From: Candidatus Omnitrophota bacterium
Lineage (GTDB): Bacteria > Omnitrophota > Gorgyraeia > 2-01-FULL-45-10
Direction of reading: 5' to 3'
DNA length: 32,000 nt
Assembly: GCA_023818895.1 (NCBI GenBank)
Contig: JAMWCX010000003.1
Coordinates: 150,001 to 182,000, forward strand
The position numbers and the translations under genes are program-made. Numbering within the stretch: the stretch's first letter is position 1; each line of letters begins with the position of its first letter. This document shows positions 5,319 through 12,400 of this stretch, one piece after another. The notes beneath the pieces were generated by a model. That model saw nothing but the letters and a program-made list of their open reading frames with translations, did not search any database and was not told the DNA's origin.

Positions 5319-7775
5319 CTACTGCTGCTTGCCTGTCTTCCTGACCGACTGGGTCTTATCCCATTTTGTTTCGGCAACGAATTCGGCACCGCGCTTCTCT
5401 ATCCTGTTAAGGAACATCGAAAGCCGTATACCGTCGAAAGTATCAAAATCGCGGCGGATGCCGTCTTCCAGAAAAGACCTATTGCCTATAAAATCCCTTG
5501 ACACCAGCGCCAAAAAAGCGGCGGCGTTCTTTTTCTCGTACGCCTCGGAAAGCTTCTTTACCACTTCTGCGACGAGCTGCTTATAATCTGTTCCCGGCGG
5601 TATACCAGGCGATGGACTTTGCGGGCCAGCCGGCCCCATAGTCGGCGGTGCAAGAGGAGGCGTGACAGGACTCTTATGCTTGGCGCTCCAGTCGCTTTCG
5701 ATCCGGGACAGGATCGCTTTGAGACGACCAACAACTCCATCTAGATTAGCACCTTTTGTGGCGCTCTGCATCTCGGCTTTGATACTCTCCATATTCTTAT
5801 TAAAACTTTCTTTGTCGAGGCTTGACCACCCCGGCCTTTCCTTTTCTATGCGCTCCCATATCTTATAAAGAGCGATCGCCTTTCCAGCGCGCGATGATGG
5901 TTCGAATGCGGCCGACGGTAGCTCGGGAATGGTCTCGAAACACTTGGCATAAGCAGCAACACCCGCTCCTTGTACTCGTTGGTATGTTTTGTCATCCATC
6001 GCAGGTGCCCTTAGGTATGCGTTTTCCACGCGCGATGCCGCATTCATATCACTGATGATCTCGCGATTAAGTCCTTTCACGCCGTCGACATAATAGTAGT
6101 AGTGCGCCAAGGCCTTGGTATATTTACTGTTGAGCAAATCGGATTCTTTCCGCAAGTTTTCATAGCTGGCCATAATCTTTTTCGCCGCTTCATAATTTCC
6201 GTTCGCCATAGCATCAACCAACTGTCTTTCGAAGAGGTTTGCGTCGAATGTCATCGAAAGTATGCTCGTCATCCCTCCCTTGGAAGTACTGTAGTAAAAT
6301 TCGCTTGCCGGTGGGTTCCGCTTCACCCCAAAACCTGAGGCCGCAACTAACTTATCGAATGCCGCAGCACTTCCTTCCATCTGCGAGAAGGCATTCTCCA
6401 TGTTCGTGTAATACTCATCAAGCTGCGTGGAAACGGCTTCATAAGCTTTAATCTTCGCCTCGAACATCTTTGCCAGCGTCTTCTCGTTCTTCGAAGATAT
6501 CTGGATAGCGTCCGGCAATAGTTTATCAATTCGCTCAAGGTCCGTATCGAGTGAGCTCGCTGTCGATAAGAAATCCGGTCCCCGCGAAGTTCTATCGAAA
6601 TTAACATACCCTGGAACGAGCCTGGAGAAGAGCCAAATAATCATCCTCTTCTGATCGACCGACCCCGCCCCTTGAATCTTAACGCGCTCATTCTCAAGCT
6701 GCTCACCTTGCTCAATTAATTTGGTAAACCTCCTCTCTTTCACCGCAAGCTCTGTAGCAGCCGCAATAAGCGATTTTAAGGTAGCTCGCAAACCACTTAC
6801 CGTTGATATCCACCGTGTAAAGACCTCTTGGCCTTTTTTAGCCCCTGCATGCAATTCAACGATCTGCTCTGCCGACAACGGTACGGCTGGATCTATCTCT
6901 TTAGGGACTTCGAAATACTGGAATTCCGCCATTTTGGCGGTTATATCGTCGAGCTGCAAACGAATCTTTTCGCGCTCCTCAATGATAGACTTAGCAAGTG
7001 GCGGCATCTCTTTCTCAAAGACAGCGGCAGCCGCGTCGTACTTTCTTGCCCATGCCTCGTAATCGGCGTCCGCTTTGCCTGTTAGGGCCAGCGGCGGAAG
7101 CGCCGCGGGCGCGCTTCCATCGGCCTTCTTATTCGCCTCGTTGACTATCTCATTGATCTCTTTTTCCTTCTTTTCCTTCAGAGTATTTATCAGGCGTGTC
7201 TGAAGCCCTCCCTTCCTTTTTACAAGAAGCTGATTCTCTTTATATAGTTCTGGCGGTTCACTCTCGATCTTCAACTTTGTTACCTTAAGCTCCGCGATAA
7301 TCTCATCTATCCTTTTTTGAAACTTTTCTATGCCATCGAGAGTATTTTTGAAACGGCGGTAGATCATAGCGATTTGGTCGTCCTCGCCAACATCGGAGGT
7401 CATACGAAGCCAGCCGTGGTATTCCCCGGCGCTCAACGATAGCTCCCACTGAAACTTTCGCATCTCAGGCACAATCGCGCTGGCATCTGAGCTAAGCTTC
7501 TTCACTGCCCTGCCATACGGAGACCGGGCCATCTGCTGAAGCGTATCCATCGCATACTCGTGTCCGCATGATCCAATAATACCCAATACAGTCGCCTCGG
7601 CAAATCCGGTCGCGAATTTGACCTTCGTCACCGTTTCGAATCCGACGGTGATCGTCGATTTGATAAGGTTCTTCCTCAGTATGGGTTGTAACTGCTGTTT
7701 AAGAGCCTCGAGGTCATTATAGACCCTTTCAAGGTCAGCCCGTCTTTGGGGATACGCCTTGAGGAATTCTTCCAT
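5319..7775 (-). CDS. Middle fragment of P2 (818 aa from the first ATG; the frame is open up to 7838): helical region + Pro-rich linker + most of an NTF2-like module
   Basis: Track ORF. It ends ...AETKWDKTQSVRKTGKQQ* where P1 reads ...ADTRWIKSQVPRSTGQQQR. As called it has no signal peptide of its own. Confidence 0.6.
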   Translation of the reverse strand: MEEFLKAYPQRRADLERVYNDLEALKQQLQPILRKNLIKSTITVGFETVTKVKFATGFAEATVLGIIGSCGHEYAMDTLQQMARSPYGRAVKKLSSDASAIVPEMRKFQWELSLSAGEYHGWLRMTSDVGEDDQIAMIYRRFKNTLDGIEKFQKRIDEIIAELKVTKLKIESEPPELYKENQLLVKRKGGLQTRLINTLKEKKEKEINEIVNEANKKADGSAPAALPPLALTGKADADYEAWARKYDAAAAVFEKEMPPLAKSIIEEREKIRLQLDDITAKMAEFQYFEVPKEIDPAVPLSAEQIVELHAGAKKGQEVFTRWISTVSGLRATLKSLIAAATELAVKERRFTKLIEQGEQLENERVKIQGAGSVDQKRMIIWLFSRLVPGYVNFDRTSRGPDFLSTASSLDTDLERIDKLLPDAIQISSKNEKTLAKMFEAKIKAYEAVSTQLDEYYTNMENAFSQMEGSAAAFDKLVAASGFGVKRNPPASEFYYSTSKGGMTSILSMTFDANLFERQLVDAMANGNYEAAKKIMASYENLRKESDLLNSKYTKALAHYYYYVDGVKGLNREIISDMNAASRVENAYLRAPAMDDKTYQRVQGAGVAAYAKCFETIPELPSAAFEPSSRAGKAIALYKIWERIEKERPGWSSLDKESFNKNMESIKAEMQSATKGANLDGVVGRLKAILSRIESDWSAKHKSPVTPPLAPPTMGPAGPQSPSPGIPPGTDYKQLVAEVVKKLSEAYEKKNAAAFLALVSRDFIGNRSFLEDGIRRDFDTFDGIRLSMFLNRIEKRGAEFVAETKWDKTQSVRKTGKQQ

Positions 7776-7996
7776 ACGAATAATGGAATCGGCAATGGGG
7801 TCGATCTTGCTTTGGACATATTGAATCTCTTTTTCTAGCTAATAAACATCTTCCTCGGCAATGGATGATGGTTGCAGGGGTAAAAAGACTGTGGCAACAA
7901 GGGGAATGAAGGTAATAAAAATAACATATCTGTATCTCATAGGGTCCTCCCTAAGAAATGATAGCGGCGGTTTTAATGAAGTAATAGCATTCTATA

Positions 7997-10900
7997 TCAT
8001 CGCGTAGCGATATCCCGCGAACCGTTGGTCTGGACAGCATATTCAAACGTCACTGTATCATTGACCATCGGAACATTGACCAGAGAGGTTATGCGCAATT
8101 TTCCGTAAAGGCCACCCCTTGTTATGAAAACATAGACATCACCCACCGCTACAAAAGCCAGACCGGTATAGCCGCTTGTTGGAGCTTCCACCAGGTCATC
8201 GAAAGAGCTTGTGGATTTTTGTATCTGAGCTGTGCCATTCATCAGGAATCTATTCATCTCCATGAAATCGAAATCGCCTACGCCGGTGGTTGTAATAGTG
8301 CCGGTGGCAAAGTCAAGACCGCGGACATTGGGACCAAAAGGCGGTGGGGCAGAGGTAATACTAACCGTCCTAGTAGTAAGGCCTCCGGGCGAAGAAACTC
8401 CCCCTGACTCCTCAGTTTGACCAGCGCCCGGCTGGACTGGAGTGCGCGTCTGCTGGGCAATCCTGATCTCTTCGACGGTCGTCTGCGACAGGCCGCTTGA
8501 CTCCGCTATCTCAGGAGAGAGAGTGGCGTATATGAGGTTTCCGCGTAGGTTCTGGATTTTCATTCGGCCATCTTCAATGACAAACATCATCGTAGTATTA
8601 CCGCTTGTGCGCTGTTGCTGGCCGGTCGAGCGGGGCACCTGGGACTTTATCCATCTTGTATCCGCTGAATAGGTGTTGCCTCGTACCTCTATCTTGTTTA
8701 TAAATATCTGAAGGCGTATGTTGTCGAACATATCGAAGTCAAACCGAACACCCTCTTCCAGGAATGTGCGGTTTCCCAGAAAATCCCTTGATATGAGGTC
8801 CGCGAAGCGTGCCACGCTCTCAGCCTCGTACGCTTCGGCAAGTTCCTTCACAACGGCCACCACGAGATCCTGGTAATCTATGTTCTGGTATTGTATGCCC
8901 TGGATGTTCTCGAAGGGTTTGATAACAAACTCGTCCATGTCAACGCCTTTTATCTTCACGGCTATTTGGTAAGTACGATTTGGTATCGGTGTAAAAGAAT
9001 ACCTTATTGCCTGGTCGACCGGAAGCTCGTTCCAGGTCCTTCCGTCATCGACGGATATGAGGAGCTTTTCTATTCTATCTTTGGTATTGAGCCGAGCGCT
9101 AAACTCTATGGCGTTATTCTTAAGGTCCGAGTTTGTGAACATAACCATTCCCGATGTGATGCTTTTTAAGTTGTTGCCGTTAACACGCGCGTCATAAAGC
9201 TTATAAAAGGACATCGGGTCAACCGGCGGTGATATGGGCATAGGGGCAGTCGGGCCTATGGGGCCTTTTGGCCCGGTCGGCGGCTGTGTCGGTATGGGAC
9301 CGGTCGGGCCTATGGGCGCGGTCGGCACTGTCGGCGTCGTCGGCGCGGTAGGAGCGGCTGGGCCGGGGGGGCCTTTTGGAGTCGTCGGCAAGTTTTTTAG
9401 ATACTCCTCTCTTTTATTAAGGATATCTTGTAAGGTATTGAGCGCGCTTAAATACTTATTCCCTAGAGGGTTATTGTAATCGCCCTCAAATCCTTTATGC
9501 CGTTCGGTGACAGCATACCTAACAGTCTTCGATGAGGGAACTAGCGCCCCAGCAAAACCCTGCGCTGTCGAAACCGCCATTATTGCCTTCTCAAACTCGA
9601 TATCGCTTGAGTTGTATTTCAAGTTATTGACTGCCGCTACGAATCGATCGAGCTCACTCTGCCAAATAACATGAGTTCCTTCGGAATTCCTTACGATGGC
9701 ATTTTCTTCTGAAGCCGTTTTTATTCCTGCCGGAGCCTTCAGAATCTTCTGAACCCAGGTGTAGACGTTAGGTGCGTACTTTCTCATGAACTCATATCCA
9801 GGGTACCTCTCCCAGTCCTTAGCGATGCTATCTATACGGGCTTTGACTTCAGACTCCAACATGTAATGGCGGTACGGAGTGCTTGTTACGAACATTCCGT
9901 CCATAACCTCGAAAATAAGTTCGTAGTTACCATTCACTTTCTTAAAAACTTTCTTTGCCAGTTCATCCTCAAAAAAATCGTTAACTTCCCGGGCTCTTTC
10001 CTCGAGCCAGGCAGCGTCTTTTTGGCGGTTCTCGGCATCAGATTTGACTCCTTTGAATCTCTGGCTCAAATCTGAAATAAACGAAGGGAGTTTCGCGACA
10101 GCGCTGTCGATCGATTTTTTCTCGGTATAAATAGCGTTCAGGTCCAGCGGGCCATTCGACTCTTTTAGCATAGTATTTATATTTACAAAATCTTGGTCAG
10201 AAGGCTTGTCGGCCTTCTGCCACATATCGGCATATGACTGCCAGGTGGAAAAAAATTTCTGGACTTCTGCTATAATAATACCCGCGTCGACCGGGTCTAT
10301 GCCATCCGCTCTTATCTTTTGTGCAAGAGTATTAATCTCTGATATCAACTCAACCTGATTACGCGGCTTCTCAAAGACAACCAGATGAGTGTACTTGTTC
10401 TTCTCTATCATAGAGAGGATCTCATCAAGTCGGCGTAATTCCTTATACATGTTGTACTGAGAGGTTGCAAACACACCCGTACTCATGTCCACAGTTCGCC
10501 CTGTGTTGATCATATCTATAGGAAGGTGCTGCTTTATCTTTTCCACAAGACCACGATACTTGGTTAGCTCAGCTTTGCGCAGAGCCCTTACCGCCTCATA
10601 TGCGCTCGCGATCTCTCCCATAGCCTCCCAGATTCTGTTCACATATTCGTGGCTTTCCTTCTTTATCCTTAAAATCTCATCAAACGCTTGCCGCGAGGCC
10701 TCGTTGAAAGCGTCTTCCTCTCTGCTTATCCTCGATGCTTCTTTGTAATCCTCCTTATCCTTAGCGGCCCTTTTTCTGGCAGCGAAGACAATATTTTGTT
10801 CATGAACGATCTCTGAAAGCTTTGAGTATATTTTTTTATAATATTCCTCTACAAGATTATCCTGCTCCCTCCACCTATTCCTGAGCTCCCAACCTTCCTT

Positions 10901-11884
10901 AAACTTGCCTTCTTTTAAAAGTTTTTCGATGTCTTTCTTGTATTGTTCGCCATCCTTAACCCAGCTATCAAAATTCTCCCGCTGCATAATGGGAAGAAAG
11001 AACTGGCGATAATAACCATCGGCTCCTGGTGAAGTTATGTTTGGTGATGGCGCTGAGGCAGGCCTGGCGGTCTTTACCTGCAGTCTTGTAGTCTCGCTTT
11101 GTATTTTTTCCAGACTCTTTTCTTTCGCCTTCTTATATCGCCCTTCCAATTCCGCAAGGCGAGCATTTAACCTTTCTATCTGCGGCATTATTTCGTTTAG
11201 TCGCTCTCTTGCTGCTCTATGTGTATTGTCCAGCTGCGTCATAAAACCATTGAGGACATTTCTGGCATTTCGTATCTCTTCGAACAACATATGATATTTC
11301 CTGTAAACCGCAGCCCTTTCCGTAAGCTCTTCGCCTTCCTCCTCTCTCGCAACTGCTTGGACTTCCTCGATCGTCATCCTCAAGGTGTTCTGCACATTCT
11401 CAAGGACTGGATATAGCTGTCTGGATTGTTCACTTATGCCTCTCATGGCTTGGTTATAAGAAGCGCTCATGAAATATTCGCCGGCCTGCTGGCCGGTCTC
11501 TGTAAGCGCTGACGCTATAAGAACTCCTACCGATTTTTGCAATGCACCGTAGCCAGCTGAGATAAGTGAGAAAGTGTCCAGCGAGGCTTTCATCACATCC
11601 TTGAGAATGTTGTTACGGAAAAACGTCGATAGCCTCTCTTCGAACCTATCCAGCTCTGTCATGATATTTGCGAGCGTGTCTCTTGCGGTAGGATACTCAT
11701 CCATGAATAGCCGCAGGTTAGCTTCCTCCCTCAGTAGCGGATCCAGATGGCGATGAGTCTCTTCTATCTCCTTCTGTAGATAATAGGGATCTTCATCGGC
11801 AAAAAGAGGGGCTAGTCCGAATAATGCCGAAACGGAAATAATTGAAAGCCAAACTATGATAAGATTGCGATATCTTTTGATCAT
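7997..11884 (-). CDS. P1: 1295-aa secreted multidomain protein of unknown family. Domain order: signal peptide, ~950-aa helical/coiled-coil region, Pro-rich linker, Ig-like beta domain, NTF2-like module, Gly/Pro linker, C-terminal beta domain.
   Basis: The ORF is long and uninterrupted. The signal peptide is MIKRYRNLIIVWLSIISVSALFGLAPLFA/DED. Heptad-like stretches occur (RLNEIMPQIERLNARLAELEGRYKKAKEKSLEKIQ). The linker is PTTPKGPPGPAAPTAPTTPTVPTAPIGPTGP.... There are no TM segments after the signal peptide. Confidence 0.85.
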   Translation of the reverse strand: MIKRYRNLIIVWLSIISVSALFGLAPLFADEDPYYLQKEIEETHRHLDPLLREEANLRLFMDEYPTARDTLANIMTELDRFEERLSTFFRNNILKDVMKASLDTFSLISAGYGALQKSVGVLIASALTETGQQAGEYFMSASYNQAMRGISEQSRQLYPVLENVQNTLRMTIEEVQAVAREEEGEELTERAAVYRKYHMLFEEIRNARNVLNGFMTQLDNTHRAARERLNEIMPQIERLNARLAELEGRYKKAKEKSLEKIQSETTRLQVKTARPASAPSPNITSPGADGYYRQFFLPIMQRENFDSWVKDGEQYKKDIEKLLKEGKFKEGWELRNRWREQDNLVEEYYKKIYSKLSEIVHEQNIVFAARKRAAKDKEDYKEASRISREEDAFNEASRQAFDEILRIKKESHEYVNRIWEAMGEIASAYEAVRALRKAELTKYRGLVEKIKQHLPIDMINTGRTVDMSTGVFATSQYNMYKELRRLDEILSMIEKNKYTHLVVFEKPRNQVELISEINTLAQKIRADGIDPVDAGIIIAEVQKFFSTWQSYADMWQKADKPSDQDFVNINTMLKESNGPLDLNAIYTEKKSIDSAVAKLPSFISDLSQRFKGVKSDAENRQKDAAWLEERAREVNDFFEDELAKKVFKKVNGNYELIFEVMDGMFVTSTPYRHYMLESEVKARIDSIAKDWERYPGYEFMRKYAPNVYTWVQKILKAPAGIKTASEENAIVRNSEGTHVIWQSELDRFVAAVNNLKYNSSDIEFEKAIMAVSTAQGFAGALVPSSKTVRYAVTERHKGFEGDYNNPLGNKYLSALNTLQDILNKREEYLKNLPTTPKGPPGPAAPTAPTTPTVPTAPIGPTGPIPTQPPTGPKGPIGPTAPMPISPPVDPMSFYKLYDARVNGNNLKSITSGMVMFTNSDLKNNAIEFSARLNTKDRIEKLLISVDDGRTWNELPVDQAIRYSFTPIPNRTYQIAVKIKGVDMDEFVIKPFENIQGIQYQNIDYQDLVVAVVKELAEAYEAESVARFADLISRDFLGNRTFLEEGVRFDFDMFDNIRLQIFINKIEVRGNTYSADTRWIKSQVPRSTGQQQRTSGNTTMMFVIEDGRMKIQNLRGNLIYATLSPEIAESSGLSQTTVEEIRIAQQTRTPVQPGAGQTEESGGVSSPGGLTTRTVSITSAPPPFGPNVRGLDFATGTITTTGVGDFDFMEMNRFLMNGTAQIQKSTSSFDDLVEAPTSGYTGLAFVAVGDVYVFITRGGLYGKLRITSLVNVPMVNDTVTFEYAVQTNGSRDIATR

Positions 11885-11902
11885 CTATTTATGCCTTTCA
11901 TC

Positions 11903-12400
11903 TTATAATGGTGAGTTCCCCTTTATGTCGTAAAGCCGCCACGCTCCGTTCTCCTGCCTGTAAACAAACATGCACTGACCTTTAAAATTTCGCTGCAGGC
12001 CCGTCTTTCGGACCATGACCTTTTTTTCCCACGAGAATGAAACCGCAAGTTTGTCAGCTGTCCTGTTGACTGTGCTTATGAAAAAATCGACTTGTGTGGG
12101 CTTCGCGCTGTAATATCTGCGCTCCACGCGGTTAACGAAAGCGTATTTGTCATTCGGAAAATCATCCGATACGCGATCAGTAAATTGACCTCGCGTGTAG
12201 CTCGTATAAGAGCTTATCGTCTCGGATACAAGCCTCTGGGCAAGGGACCTATCTTGTGCTGTAGTAACCTGCGGCCCTCCTTCGCAAAACAAGGGTGACG
12301 CATGAAAAAAAACTGATGTGGCCAAAATAAGAACAGCGATCCAGAACCGATTAGAAATTACTGAGAAAGCGAGTGATGATCCTCGTCTCGTCATACGCAT
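11903..12400 (-). CDS. 165-aa secreted protein consisting of a signal peptide plus the same NTF2-like module found in P1/P2
   Basis: The track ORF starts at 12436. I prefer ATG 12400 (MRMTRRGSSLAFSVISNRFWIAVLILATSVFFHASPLFCEG), which shortens the overlap with the upstream gene. The C-terminal ...FSWEKKVMVRKTGLQRNFKGQCMFVYRQENGAWRLYDIKGN parallels P1 ...TRWIKSQVPRSTGQQQRTSGNTTMMFVIEDGRMKIQNLRGN. Confidence 0.7.
   Translation of the reverse strand: MRMTRRGSSLAFSVISNRFWIAVLILATSVFFHASPLFCEGGPQVTTAQDRSLAQRLVSETISSYTSYTRGQFTDRVSDDFPNDKYAFVNRVERRYYSAKPTQVDFFISTVNRTADKLAVSFSWEKKVMVRKTGLQRNFKGQCMFVYRQENGAWRLYDIKGNSPL

Larger units (their letters stand above)
4662..7940 (-). pseudogene. P2: paralog of the 1295-aa protein, 1092 codons in one frame, interrupted by two in-frame TAG codons (7839-7841 and 5319-5321). 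It is either a pseudogene or a readthrough-dependent gene.
   Basis: ATG at 7940 with SD GGGAGG at 7946-7951. The signal peptide is MRYRYVIFITFIPLVATVFLPLQPSSIAEEDVY*LEKEIQ. It aligns with P1 MIKRYRNL...LFADEDPYYLQKEIE. All three pieces (7940, 7775, 5300) are in the same frame (offsets 165 and 2640 nt). Homology to P1 continues across both TAGs. Confidence 0.55.

Noticed and set aside
4634-7085. Numerous 60-115-aa ORFs on the plus strand or in other minus-strand frames (4634-4822, 4644-4931, 4825-5013, 5010-5210, 5272-5586, 5662-6451, 6721-7085)
   Set aside because: They are Arg/Ser/Pro-rich shadow ORFs typical of a GC-rich gene on the opposite strand. None has a convincing start context or recognisable motifs.
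4662-7940. Genome-wide reassignment of TAG to a sense codon as the explanation for the two in-frame ambers
   Set aside because: TAG terminates eight other well-supported ORFs in this window at positions giving normal C-termini. They are the XRE gene, the recombinase, tadA, the tRNA-binding protein gene, the yvcK-like gene, the wza-like gene, the PilZ gene and the PaaK-like gene.
9234-9479. Plus-strand ORF with collagen-like GPxGPxG sequence (MGIGAVGPMGPFGPVGG...)
   Set aside because: It is the antisense shadow of the Pro-rich linker of P1. It has no SD and lies wholly inside a much longer, better-supported minus-strand gene.
4662-11884. P2 as a silent cassette for gene conversion or antigenic variation of P1, or a DGR template/variable-repeat pair
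   Set aside because: The DNA identity between the paralogs is low wherever I compared them (for example 5205-5275 against 8500-8570). There are no near-identical blocks and no reverse transcriptase in the window.
7997-11884. Known sorting or secretion signals on P1/P2 (PEP-CTERM, LPXTG, T9SS C-terminal domain, TPS domain, autotransporter barrel)
   Set aside because: The C-termini (...AVQTNGSRDIATR, ...HQRNGTRIFK) lack a PEP motif, a TM segment and a basic tail. There is no NPNL/NPNG TPS box near the N-terminus and no C-terminal barrel pattern.
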